The notes below the pieces were generated by a model, which saw nothing but the letters and a program-made list of their open reading frames with translations, did no database searches and was not told the DNA's origin. This document shows, in pieces, positions 13,269-26,099 of a DNA stretch of 64,000 nt. The position numbers and the translations under genes were made by a program. Each line of letters starts with the position of its first letter. Position 1 is the stretch's first letter. The stretch comes from Anolis carolinensis (Eukaryota): NCBI RefSeq assembly GCF_035594765.1, contig NC_085841.1, forward strand, positions 77,051,574-77,115,573, in the 5' to 3' direction.

Positions 13269-13725
13269 AAGAGAACTGTAATGTTGTCCTTATTTCACAA
13301 AATATTAAAAGCAATTACCAGAATTCAGTTCTTTGTTGAAAAAGGGAAACAGACCCCTCTTAATTGCAGTGACTAATGACCAATAAGCTGGAATTGTGAT
13401 GGGTGCCAGGATAAGATTCACTGTGTAGCTATTTAAATATCACAATTACGTAGAAGCATAGTGCAATAAGGGATTCTCATCAATATTCTTTAAAAACAGA
13501 ACATAAAGAATCCCCAAAGCCAGTTTCTAAATGAGTTTTAAAACCAAATGCAATCTAAAATAATATATCTTGGTGCCTGCTGGAAGCGAAACAGAGGTGG
13601 ACTTAGTAAATTTATTGGACTACTACCATGTTTATGAATCTAACAAGTATCTAGTTTTTATTGAGGAAGCACAATTTAGAAACAAAGTAGGGTGTGCTAA
13701 AGTAAGTATCGGATGTCTGACATAC

Positions 13726-13785
13726 CTGTTCTTCCTGAATATTCCCATTGCCTCCCAACATATTCACTTTAATCTTGATGCTTTC
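13726..13785 (-). CDS. GINM1: GINM1 coding exon 2
   Basis: ESIKIKVNMLGGNGNIQEEQ aligns with recalled human [20 protein letters not shown]; ctgcag| acceptor, |gtatgt donor; 60 nt. Confidence 0.85.
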
Positions 13786-16700
13786 CTGCAGGATTATAAG
13801 GAAAGATTTGTTAAATATTTTACAGATTTGTAGATAAGGAAATACAACAAAGACACCAGTTCCTTCCATCCTACGTAATTTTAGTGCCATCATTCTACTT
13901 CAACTCCCATGAAATCCTGGAATTTGCAGTTTAGTGAGGGGAGTTTAGAATTCTCAGCCAGAGTGCCTCATCAAACTACAAATTCCAGGATTCCAGAGAA
14001 AGCAGTTATGGCAGTGAAAGTGGAATCATGGTGATATATGTGTGCAGTACGAAAGGGGCCCAGTATTTCAGGATTCAGACAGAGATCACGGTGCTTTCCC
14101 TGTATAACATGTATTACCAAGCCAGTTCCTTGGAAGGAAATACAGACAGTTGGTGAGATGAGCAAATCACAAAAATAAATAGAAACAAACTTGACCTGGG
14201 TTGTGGGTTGCTCTGAATTCTGTCCCAGAATTTGAAGCAACCTATGACTTTGGGCCCATACAAACAGTTGGACCCGTTACAAGATGAAACTGTCCACAGG
14301 TTTTTACAGTGGTATCCTGTGTCCCTGGACTCGGGCAACCTGGAAATATGGGATGGCACTCACTATTCTTTCCCACTCTCTTTCTCATGGGTATGATATA
14401 GATCCTGCCAGTAAGTCATTGACAGGTGTAATGTCGGCTGCAGCAGCAGAGCAATTGGACAAGGGAGGAGGGAGCAGAGGGCAATTCTTCCAGCCCTGCT
14501 CCCTTGTCGCTCTGGCGCTCCAGTCAATATCACTCAAGGTGACAAGCAAGTGGCAAGACCCAAATCGCGCCCGCTAGCTGCCACGAAAAAGAGAACTAGA
14601 GGGGATAGTAAGGGTAGCCATTTGGCGCCATTGGATTATGAGGACTCCCTCCTGCCTCCATAAAGACTAGAAAAGTAGCTGTTTAAACCATCCTGGAGCC
14701 AATCTAGCATACACCATGCTGGTACGGCCCCAGAGTAAGAGCTCGATATGGATCCACTCTTTTGCAAGTTGTGTTTGTATTCCTCCATGATGACTGATCT
14801 CTTTTCCCTTGTGGCTTCCTAGCATTTCTTGCCAAGTACATACTACATATGCTGCTACATGATTAGATGGAAGTGTTTTCTTGCTGCACTTTATATAATC
14901 AAAGCTCCCTGTGCTTTTTCATTATAATTCTGGGTATTAGATTTCACAATGTTTCCTTTGTGCCTTGATGGCAAAGAATGACCGAATCAGACCCACAAAG
15001 GAGGTGGAGAGGGAGAAGGCAGCTGCGAGGCCTGTTCCAACTCTGAAAATTTGCAAGAGTGGGAAAGCCTGGGTTGCATAAGTTCTTTGGAAAGACGTAG
15101 GGATTGTGAAACAGAAGTCATGTAGGAAAGCTGCCTCAAAAGCCAATGAGTGTACGTACAATTACTTCCTTTTTGGTCCTTTTATTTCTTTCGATCGTTT
15201 TTCAGAATGGATGTTTCTAAAATTATTGCGTTCTGAAAGTGAACTAGTAGATTGTAGTGACTGAAAAAACATCCTTGTTTCAAGCTTTGACAGGTCGAAC
15301 TACACTGACTTCTCCGCCTTTCTTCTTCTAGGCTGGGGTAAGAATTGTGTGACTGTCTAGACATCACTGAACTTTGAGTCCCAACATCTTGGACCAGTAT
15401 AGTTAATGTTGAGGAATAACGGCCATTCAACATTTGAAAAGGCACATATTTCCCCTTTCAGAATATATCTATGTACCCAAGCAAATGTCACATTTAAACG
15501 TTTTCAGGGCTATGTTTTGCACCCATCATGACTCCAAAGTAGGCTACTGTATCTATCCCCCACACAATGGTATTCAGATATGCCAAGTACTGCAGAACGC
15601 TGACACAACCTCTCTGCATAGTTAGGAAATTTTTCCTTAAAAGGATCAGCAATCAAATCCCATCATTTATTAACAGCATACAATCTGTGGGTCCAGCCCA
15701 GCATCTTTAAGAAGCCCTTGCCTAGCATGCTTTTCTTTCTCCATTCCTTGATAACTTACAAAGTCAATGGGCAGTGACTAAGAAGTCTTCTGAGATAGAG
15801 GAAGGGAATAACAGGATAATATGAGGAAGATCATTCCAGGACAATGAAGTTATAGAAAACTAACAATGTTTCTTGAGCCTGATAAGGACTTCTGGCCTTC
15901 CTCTCAAATATTTCTGTTTGTCATGCTATTCTGGGAGCAGCTACGCAGAAAGACAAATTATCCAAGTGCCTCAAACCTGGCAAAGTCCAAAAATTAGCCA
16001 TTTATTACTATCACTTTTATGCTTTTCACCCCCATGCTCATGAAAACAGGACTTGATACTTCTGCAGGGTTTCCTAAAAATGATTGCCTCCCTTACACTT
16101 CAACAGAACTACATGACTTGCTTTCCTACTGTTCTCTGCATCATCAAGGGAACAGTCCACTCTTACTTGCTGTCACAGAGCTGTCCTCTTTGCAGTGAAA
16201 AGAGCCATGCCAGAAAAGACTCCATAGTAGGTGCGAGAACAAAATTGGTTAGGAAAAGAAAGGTAAAACTGAGGCCACCTCAACCATATTTAAAAAATGA
16301 AGGAATTTCCTTAGGCAACAGCACCACCCAGAATAGTTCCTTTCTTGATGGGAACACAGAGTGTGATGAAGGTAGGGTCTGTTTCATTTCATCTGTTTCA
16401 TTTCAAAACGGAGTATTACTGAGCTCTATAATAAACCTACTCTACCAAACACTTCCCTGCTTCAATGCGATGAAGTCCCAAGTATGTTCTAGGTCTACCC
16501 CTGATCCAGCCTGCTACTCTTAAGAGTCATGGAAGATGCTGGACTGGAAGAAGCCAATCCAGTTGACTTCTCCAGGTAGAAGTTGAATCAGAAAGTATGG
16601 TCACATGCACCTCAGGTATTAAAATGATTTGCACAGGCCTGTACTCCTCTTTTAAGGACAAGTCCCCAGATTCCACTTCCTATTTGATCACAAAAATAGA

Positions 16701-17053
16701 GGATGCCTCCTATGTTACTTCAAGCAACAAAGTTCTTGCCAGGTCAAGTCTAAGTTGTCCATGTGAAAATATGGTCTTATTCATAAACAATACCAAACAA
16801 CAAATGTGACTAGAAAAAGTGCATGTTATTTTTTTTACGCTGACACTTTTCATAAAGTGGATCTTTCCATATTAATCTGTTGTTGTTTATTTATTCAGTC
16901 ACTTCCGACTCTTTGTGACCTCATGAACCATCCCACACCAGAGCTCCCTGTCAACCGTCGCCACCCCCAGCTCCTTCAAGGTCAAGCCAGTCATTTCAAG
17001 GATGCCCTCCATCCATCTTGCCCTTGGTTGGCCCCTCTTCCTTTTCCCTTCCA

Positions 17054-17056
17054 TAT

Positions 17057-17098
<42 letters not shown>
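17054..17098 (+). repeat. (TTTA)n microsatellite, retroposon tail
   Basis: Direct reading. Confidence 0.9.
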
Positions 17099-17100
<2 letters not shown>

Positions 17101-18827
17101 TATACCCCAGGAGGACTCAGAGCGGTCTTACACAATGGCAAAATTAAATTCCACATATAATACAAAATGTAGTAAAAACCAACAATTTTTCCCAGCATCA
17201 TGATCTTCTCCAAGCTTTCCTATCTTCCCATTATGTGGCCAAAGTACTTCATCTTTGCCTCTAATATCCTTCCCTCCAGTGAGTAGCCAGGCATTATTTT
17301 CTGGAGTATGGACTGGTTGGATCTTCTTGCGATCCAAGGCACTTTCAGAATTTTCCTCCAACACCACATCCTTTGCTCATCTCACCAAAAACAATGGTCA
17401 ATTTAGGAAGAATGTAAATGATACTTTTCCAGATATTTGTCGCATGGATTTGATCTGGGAACACTCTACAACTAGAAACCCATTAGTGCACTAAACTGGT
17501 GGTTGCACTTTTTCCACATAACAATGGTGATAAAAAGTAGACACTTGCTGTCTCAGGATTCCATAGGATGGAGCCATGACACCTATGGTGATATCAAAAT
17601 GCTATAATTGTGCAATGTAAATTCTCACAAATTCAGCCAGCTCTGAGGAGCATATTTTGCAAATACCTTACTTCCTTCTTGATCACAGTGTCTATAGCTT
17701 TATTCTTTCCATTGCTGCATTTCACACTAGCTACATCTTCTGTTTATTCACACATTGCTTTTTCTCTCCACAAAGGAGATTCAAAGCATCTTAGAATAAA
17801 AGCATTTCAATACAATTAAAATCCCAAAGTATACAAACCTTGGCACAAACCACTGTGGCCAGATCACCCCAAAAAGGGTGCAGGTGGCATACATCACGTA
17901 AAACTGGGCAAAGGTGCTCCTGACCACTGAAACATTGTGTTTCCCCAAAAGCTGTCCTCAATCCAAAAATTCGTAAGCTACAAATCAGGTCTTTCAGAAT
18001 CGACTTTCCAACTCCAGATTCCAACTAATCAGCAACTGATCTGTCTTATCTAGACTAAACCTTGTCAGTTTATTAACACACATCCAGTCCTTTATTGGAT
18101 CTAAACAATGATTCAGTATTGCTACAGCCTCTTTGGCATTTGTTGTAAAGAAGAAATAGAGCTGGGTATCCTCAAAAATTTAATAACACTGACCACAAAG
18201 ATTCATGTGTCTTCTTCCAGCAGATTCATGTAGATGTTGAAAAGCATAGGGGAAAGCATTGACCCCTGATCGAACCCCACAGGCTGCAAGCCAAAAGGCT
18301 GAACAATAGTCCCTGAGAACATTCAGCCAAGGAAGACCAGAACCACTGCAAAGCAATGCCTCTGGTCCCACATCAGCCAGAAAACCCATAAAACTTTCTC
18401 ACAGAAATCACGCAAAGATAGATAATGCATCCAAAGCTTTTGTCGAAGCCTTTCATGGTCAGAATCACTGGGTTGCTGTGATACATAAACCACACTTGCC
18501 TAGTTTCCAACAGACCTCACAACTTTTGAAGATGCTTGACATAGATGTGGGTGAAATGTCAGAAGAGAATGTTTCTGGAACATGGCCATGTAGCCCAGAA
18601 AACTCACAGCAGCCCATCCAAAGGTTATCTGCCTGTTTCCTTTTATCTTTTGTGCTCCTTTTAGTTGGTTTATCTTTAAAGATTTCTTTGATGAGAAGAC
18701 TTAGGCTCACACATGCCATAACATTTTCTGAGCAGAAAACTGATATAGGATATGAAATTCTCAATCCCAAGTCTAAACTACAACATCTTACAAGTTACAA
18801 GCCACATCTTTTATATATCTACTGAAA

Positions 18828-19140
18828 GGAGCCCCCGATGGCGCAGTGAGCTGCTGAACTTGCTGACTGAAAGGTCACCAGTTTGAATCCAGGAAGTGGG
18901 GTGAGTTCCCGCTGTTAGCCCCAGCTTCTGCCAACCTAACAGTTTGAAAACATGCAAATGTGAGTAGATCAACAGGCACTGCCCCGGCAGGAAGGTAACG
19001 GCACTCCATGCAGTCATGCTGGCCACGTGACCTTGGAGGTGTCTACGGAAACACCGGCTCTTTGGCTTAGAAATGGAGATGAGCACCAACCCCCAGAGTT
19101 GGACATGACTAGACTTAACATCAGGGGAAAACCTTTACTA
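18828..19140 (+). mobile_element. Sauria SINE
   Basis: Homologous to the 9056 copy; TSD tactgaaa. Confidence 0.85.
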
Positions 19141-19431
19141 TATACTGAAAGGGGAAACCTGCTCTGGCACTGTATTTACAGCATATCACATCAAGTCCGA
19201 TACACCTGTCCATACATTGGAGGTATACACTGCCAATTAATACCAGGTGCTATGGGCTCTATATTGGAAGAAAAGAGCTAGAAAAACCATCTCTGAGTAC
19301 TCCTTGCTTAAGAAAACTCAATGAAATTCATGGTATCACAGTAAATCAATAGGCACAGGCATACTTCCTATAGAATAACCAAGTCACACAAGGTCTTGAT
19401 GTTACATAAGATACACACACACACTGTACTA

Positions 19432-19857
19432 CAGACAGTCCCCGAGTTACAAACATCCGACTTACAAACAACTTATCGTTACAAATGGGGGCGAGACAAC
19501 AGGAAGTGAGAAAAATCTACCACTCTGAAGGGAAATTCACTCCTGGAAGAGTTATCATGGGGGAAAAGGATCTTCACTGAGGCTTTCTCACCAATCCTTG
19601 TTTCCATAACAAACCAAATTTTTCATAATCCAATTATTACAGAGACTGAAAGTAAGGGGAAATCTTTTGAACAGGGGCACAGACAGCAAAGCAAACACCA
19701 CAGGGGTGTTAACCCTTCCCTATGCTATCCAAAGCTAAAAGATATATATTTGTGCTTGAGTCACAATTTAAAAATGTACCTGTACCAATTTACATACAAA
19801 ATCAACTTAAAAACAAACCTACAGAACCTATCTTGTTCATAATTTGGGGACTGCCTG
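19432..19857. mobile_element. Tigger-like MITE, family B
   Basis: TA|CAGACAGTCCCC...GGGGACTGCCTG|TA. Confidence 0.8.
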
Positions 19858-20027
19858 TACTTCAATTTCCCCTCATATAAACATGTTGGTGGCACTAAAA
19901 TTTTGTTGGTGACACACACACATGTGTACACACATTAATAAACAAAGCCTCTCAACATGTACAGATGTTTTGAATGTTTGGGAGTTGAACTCATGCCTAG
20001 TCTACACTGTCCTGTAATCCAAGACAA

Positions 20028-20320
20028 GGAGCCCCTGGTGACACAGTGGGTTAAACCCTTCTGCCGGCACGACTGATGACTTGAAGGTTGGGTTGCTGAC
20101 CTGAAGGTTGCCGGTTCAAATCCAACCTGGGGAGAGCGTGGATGAACTCCCTCTATCAGCTCCAGCTCCATGCGGGGACATGAGAGAAGCCTCCCGCAAG
20201 GATGGTAAAAACATGAAAACATCCGGGCGATCCCTGGGCAACATGCTTGCAGACGGCCAATTCTCTCACACCAGAAGTGACATGCAGTTTCTCAAGTTGC
20301 TCCTGACATGAAAAAAAAAA
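20028..20320 (+). mobile_element. SINE with poly-A tail
   Basis: ggagcccctggtg head, B box ggttcaaatcc, A-tail, TSD caagacaa. Confidence 0.8.
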
Positions 20321-20829
20321 CTCAAGACAAATAATCTGGATTCAGAAACTGGATTATATGGCTTCTCTGTGTGTGATCTCTATCTGCCTGGAGGGCCAAA
20401 GTTGGCCCATGCCTAACCTAGAGGAACGAAAAGATAAGAGAAAACACAAACACACATAGATGCATTCCTATTCTTTGCAAAAAGACATCTACTGCCTCAT
20501 CACACCAGAGCATGGATCCACTTTAAATCCGGTTTCTGCCTCCTGCAGAATTCTGGGGTTTGTAGTTTGGTGAGGCCCAGGACCTGCCTAGCGGAGCTGT
20601 TCAAAGGCCCCTCCCTAAAGTGGATTTAAAAGGGATCCAGGCTCTAGTGTGATGAAGTCCCTTGGCAGACACATCACGCTCAGAGCTCTTAAGGGCCCTT
20701 CCTGGGCAGAGCCATCTAAGACACCCCATTCAAAAATGCCTATAGTGACAGAAAGCCTTTGGGTGCTGCTACAAAAGGAAGGCAAAAGCATACAGAAAAA
20801 GCACACGCACATATAGATAACATAGACCT

Positions 20830-21290
20830 AGGCGCTCCTCTTCCCGGCCAAGAGGCTGCCCGTCCGCTCCCCTGGGCGCCCACCTGTCTTACCTGGCAGA
20901 GGGGCCGGGCGAAGTCCTGCGTGGAGTCCGGGGCGGCGTGGACAAGGGACACCAGCAGCAAGAGGAGGAGGAAGCCACGGGACTCGCGTGGCCCCGGCAG
21001 CAGCGCCGCCGCCGTCTCCATTTTAGGCGCTGGGAATTAAAACTACTGTAAGTCAAACATCAACAAAGGAGGAGGAGGAGGAGCGAAGGAGCCCTCCTCC
21101 TCCCAAGGCCTCCCAGAGGGCGGCGGGAAGCCGAAGGCTGCGCGGGGAAGGCGCGCTCCCGCCCCGAGTCAGAGGGAGCGCGCCCCTCCTCGCCCCCGCG
21201 TCATAATAATAATGTCTCACTGCAGGCAGGGACACGTGTTTCCCTCTGCGTGTCGCCATTCCCGCCAAAGGGGTTTTCTTCCGCGAGGAG
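20830..21290 (-). promoter_or_regulatory. CpG island / GINM1 promoter and exon 1
   Basis: High GC and CpG density, GC-box-like ccgccc motifs, surrounds the GINM1 ATG. Confidence 0.7.
20893..21021 (-). CDS. GINM1: GINM1 (glycoprotein integral membrane 1) coding exon 1, signal peptide
   Basis: METAAALLPGPRESRGFLLLLLLVSLVHAAPDSTQDFARPLCQ: hydrophobic signal peptide in a CpG island; donor CAG|GTAAGA; phase 0 joins exon 2. Confidence 0.85.
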
Positions 21291-21483
21291 TCCTGTTCTT
21301 TTGGGTGCTCCTACACCCCTGGTGCCCAACATGGAGAACCTCAAGAAGGAGTTATTGACAGTGAATTCTTTTTCGTTGCATTTCTATGGTACTAGGGGAC
21401 TCATACACAGGAAGCGAGGGAAGTCTACTCTTAAGAAGGGAAATTTATCATCATGGGCTGGGTTGTGGCGCAGCTGGTTAGTA

Positions 21484-22008
21484 AAAGGTAAAGGTTTCCC
21501 CTGACCTTAAGTCCAGTCATGTCTGACTCTGGGGGTTGGTGCTCATCTCCATTTCTAAGCCAAAGAGCCGGCGTTGTCCGTAGACACCTCCAAGGTCCTG
21601 TGGCCGGCATGACTGCATGGCGCGCCGTTACCTTCCCGCCGGAGCGGTACCTATTGATCTACTCACATTGGCATGTTTTCGAACTGCTAGGTTGGCAAAA
21701 GCTGAGGCTAACAGCGGGTCCTCATTCCACTCCGTGGATTCGAACCGATGACCTTTCGGTCAGCAAGTTCAGCAGCTCAGCGGTTTAATCTGCTGCACCA
21801 CCAGAGGCCTCTACACATAAAATACACATTCAGTTATAATTCTTGTTATTTTATATGAACTGTCTGTCATTTTCATTGTCATTGCTAGGTTGGCAGGAGC
21901 TGGAGCTAACAGGGGCCGCTCATGCCGCTTCCAGGGTTTGAACCTGCGACCTTTCGGTCTGCAAGTTCAGCAAGCTCAGTGCTTTAACACACTTCGCCAC
22001 CGGGGTTC
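21484..22008 (-). mobile_element. Sauria SINE (chimeric) inserted in the head of another SINE
   Basis: 13-bp TSD cagctggttagta at 21471-21483 and 22009-22021. Confidence 0.85.
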
Positions 22009-22327
22009 CAGCTGGTTAGTAGCCAGCTGCAATAAATCACTACTGACCCAGTAGTCATGAGATCGAAGCCAGAGTGGGATTGAGCTCCCTCCCGACCATT
22101 TAATAGCCTAGCTCGCTGTTGACCTAAGCAGCTCGAAAGACAGTTGTATCTGTCCAGTAGAAAATTTAGCTACTTCTTTATGCCAGGAGACTAATTTAAC
22201 TAATTTACGACACCATAAAAACTTCCAGCAGCATGCGGAAAGGAATGAGGAAGTAGTGTTCCCTCGTGACTTCGCAGTTCGCTTTTCACTCCCTCGCTGT
22301 TTCACGGTTTTTTAATAAACACTAAAA

Positions 22328-23977
22328 TCTGTATATATAAATGAGTAATGGTGTCCTCCCCTCCCACTAAACAACAAACGTACAAGCCCCAGAACCTAGA
22401 AATTTGGCAGCACAATCCACCATGCTTGCCCCTAGGTTCCGACAACAAAAAGAAAAGAAAAATAAAGTCCTAATTAGAGGGAGAAGAATAATTGTCTTTA
22501 GCCAATTGCTGCCAGTTAGAAGGCTAAGCTCTGCCCACTTGGTTTCCTAGCAACCTACTCAGCCCATGGGACAGGCCTCACTTAGGCCTCTTCTACAGAT
22601 TATCTAATTTGCACTGGATTATATGGCAGTGTAGACTCAAGGCCCTTCCACACAGCTATATAACCCATTTATAATCTTATCTGCTTTGAACTGGATTATC
22701 TTCAGTCCACACTGCCATATAATTCACTTCAGTGTGCATTTTATTTAGCTGTGTAGAAGAAGCCTCATATAATCCAGTTCTAAGCAGATAATATAAGATT
22801 ATAAATATACAGTAGAGTCTCACTTATCCAACATAAACACCCCGGCAGAACATTGGATAACTGAATATGTTGGATAATAAGAAGGGAGTCAGGAAAAGCC
22901 TATTGAACATCACATTCCCTCACAACCCTATCTGCTGCCAAACTGCCATCCATGTCTATGCCAGGCATCCTCAGAGAATATGAGATCTGTTTGAAAACAG
23001 ACAAGTGGGATGTTTATTTCTATCTCACCAATGATATCCAGGATGGGACAACTCTTATCTGCCTGAGGCGACTGTGAATATTCCACTTGGCCACCTTGAT
23101 TACCATTGAATGTCCTTGCACCTTCAAGGCCTGCCTACTTCCTGCTTCGGAGGGGAAATCCTTTATTGGGAAATGTTAGCTTGCCCTCAGTACATCATGT
23201 CTGGAATTTCCTGATTGCTCAGTGCTGTTCTTTAGTTAACTGTCCTGATTTCACAGATTTTTTTTAATACTGGGAGCCATATTTTGTTCATTCCAGGCAG
23301 GCAGGAACCATCCAGGCTTTGAAGCTACAAGGCTATTCAGTGCCAATTCCAACATTCACACTTGCCTAAAGCAGACAACAGTTCTTTCTTCCAGCCTGGT
23401 CATTCCACAGATATATAAACCCCACTTCCTTTCGTTACAACACATTTCACAACCTCTGAGGATGCCTGCCATACACGCAGGCGAAACATCAGAAGAGAAT
23501 ACATTTTGAACATGACCAGGCAGACCACAGAACTCAGAGCAACCCAATACAAAGAGAAACAAAAATAATAAAATAAATACAAAAAACAAATAAAAAAACA
23601 AAATAAAATAATACAATTAAAAAACAGAAATAAAAATAATATTATCAAATAATAAAATAAAATACATACAAATAACAAAATAAAATAATAAAAACACAAT
23701 AATAAAAGAATAAAAAATAACAAATACAAATAATACAATAAAAAATAAAAACACTAAAATAATTAAAAACACTAAAAGATCAATACAATAAAATACTATA
23801 ATCACAGAAAATAACTAAAAATAATACAAGAAAATAATAAAATATAATAAATAAAAAAGATAAGTTACAATAAAATTAATTAAAAAATGCAAATAACATC
23901 AAATAAAAATTCCACAACAATTTTTAACCAATACCACCACCACATTGCCACAGCAATGCGTGGCCAGGCACAGCTAG
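22328..23977 (+). mobile_element. non-autonomous Helitron with captured TE fragments
   Basis: A|TCtgtatatataaa ... gccacagcaatgcgtggc hairpin ... CTAG|T; 5' ~600 bp homologous to the reverse complement of 33620-34233. Confidence 0.8.
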
Positions 23978-23982
23978 TAATA

Positions 23983-24290
23983 CAGTAGAGTCTCACTTAT
24001 CCAAGCCTCTAGATAATCCAAGCCATTTTTGTAGTTAATGTTTTCAATATATCGTGATATTTTGGTGCTAAATTCGTAAATACAGTAATTACTACATAAC
24101 GTTACTGTGTATTGGATTGCTTTTTCTGTCAAATTTGTTGTATAACATGAAGTTTTGGTGCTTAATTTGTAAAATCATAACCTAATTTGATGTTTAATAG
24201 GCTTTTCCTTAATCCCTCCTTATTATCCAAGATATTCGCTTATCCAAGCTTCTGCTGGCCCGTTTAGCTTGGATAAGTGAGACTCTACTG
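23983..24290. mobile_element. Tigger-like MITE, family A
   Basis: Same TIRs and TA TSD as 2629-2949. Confidence 0.85.
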
Positions 24291-25191
24291 TATTATAAAT
24301 CATAAAAAATTATGATTTACAGTGGCAGTGGTCTCAGTCGGATGTGGGCGGTGGGGCGGAGAAGGTGCCCAAACAGCAGGAGGAGGAGAAGGAGGCAGTG
24401 CCATGTTCCCCTGCCTCTTTCTTCCCTTCCTTCCTCCCTCCTTTCTACTTCCTTCCTAAGGAGAAGCCTAGCATCCCTACTTCTGCAAGATAAGTGAGGG
24501 AACACTGTACTCCATCAAGGACTCAGTGTCATAAGTGGACAATGGAGCAGCAGCTCCCCCTGTGGCCAGAATCAAGCATACCCTCATGAAGCCGGAAGCT
24601 GGAAAATTGCCTCTGTGTCTGTCTATATGTTGTATGTCTAATGGCATTGAATGTTTGCTATGTATGCCCTGGGGGAGAAGAGCGGTATATAAATTAAATA
24701 AATAAATGTATATGTGCATTGCGATCCGCCCTGAGTCCTCTTCAGGGTGAGAAGGGTGGAATATAAATACTGTAAATCAATGATAATAGATAAATAATGG
24801 GGGAAGGGGTTTCCACTGGAACTTTCTCACCAGTGCTTGTTTCCACAACAAGCCACTTACTGTGTTGTCGAAGAATCGCTGGGTTGCTGTGAGTTTTCCG
24901 GGCTGTATGGCCATGTTCTAGAAGTGAATTATATTTCATTGCATTTTTATGGCCCCAGAGGCCTCGCATACAGTACAGGCAGTCTCCAAGTTACAAGTTG
25001 TAAGTCCCCTGACTTACAAATGACTCATTGTTAAGAAGAAGGGTGAGACAACAGGAAATGAGGGAAATCTAACCCTAGGAAGGGGAATTTACTTCTGGAA
25101 GAATTATCATCATGGGGGAAAGGGGTCTCCTGGAGCTTTCTCAGCAATCCTTTTTTCCACAACAAGCCACATATTTTGTGGTCGAAGAATC

Positions 25192-25976
25192 ACTACATAT
25201 TATCTACAGACCCACTAAGAAAATCCAACCAATACTACATTCAGCAAAGGACAAGAGCGATCCTCTCGCCTCCGCATACCAGGCAGCTGTGAACAAGTTT
25301 ACATAGGGACCACCAAATGCAGCATCGCCCAAACACAAATCAAGGAACATGAAAGGCACTTCAGACTATATCAATCAGAGAAGTCAGCCATAGTAGAGCA
25401 CTCAATGAACCAACCTGAACACAGTGTATTATTTGAGAACACAGAAATGCTGGACCACTCTAACAACCAGCATGTCGGACTGCACAGTGAAGCCATTGAA
25501 ATCCACAAGCATGTGGACAACTTCAACAGAAAGGAGGAAACCATGAAAATGAAGAAAATCTGGCTACCAGTATTGAAAAAAACCCCTCTAAAATCAGGAC
25601 AGTAAATAAAGAAAAACACTCGGAAGACAGGGGAATTCCAGGCATGAAACAATCAGGACTAGCTAACACCTCCCAACAAAGGATTCCCCCTGGCAAGAAG
25701 CAGCCAGACCTTGAAGCTGAAAGGTCATTTAATGCTAATTAAGCTGGCCAATTCACACTTGCCTCAAGCAGACAAGAGTTCTTTCTCCCACCCTGGACTT
25801 TTCACAGATTTATAAACCCCACTTGACTAGTTTCTAACAGACCTCACAACTTCGGAGGATGCCTTCCATAGATGTGGGCGAAATGTCAGGTGAGAATGCT
25901 TCTGGAACATGGCCACACAGCCCGAAAAACTCATAGCAACCCAGTGATTCCGGCCACGAAAGCCTTCGACAACACA
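25192..25976 (+). mobile_element. Penelope-like retroelement 3' fragment (GIY-YIG endonuclease remnant + 3' repeat)
   Basis: Decayed frame IYRPTKKIQ...CEQVYIGTT...IKEHERH...SAIVEHSMNQPEH...EAIEIHKHVDNFNR...IWLPVLK; 3' segment repeated at 18443, 26585, 63060. Confidence 0.8.
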
Positions 25977-26099
25977 TTGTTTAAAAATGCCTATTTAAAA
26001 GTCTTTATTTTCCTGTGACTTCAGCCCCAACGTGGCTTCTAAAAAGTGACCTCGGAAGTTTGACCCTTTCATGTGACCCTTTCAAGTTTGTAGTCTACG

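Larger units (their letters stand above)
22256..24507. mobile_element. pogo/Tc1-like MITE (GTGTTCCCTC...GAGGGAACACTG) hosting a Helitron and a MITE
   Basis: Inverted ends, TA TSD; splits the host SINE at gaagTA|ctccatc. Confidence 0.65.

Noticed and set aside
23356-23805. Hydrophobic F/L/I/Y-rich ORFs
   Set aside because: Artefacts of an A-rich low-complexity tract in the Helitron
24317-24505. Leu-rich minus-strand ORF resembling a duplicated GINM1 signal-peptide exon
   Set aside because: Similarity is limited to a low-complexity ctcctc stretch, there is no good in-frame ATG/donor pair, and it lies inside a pogo-like MITE
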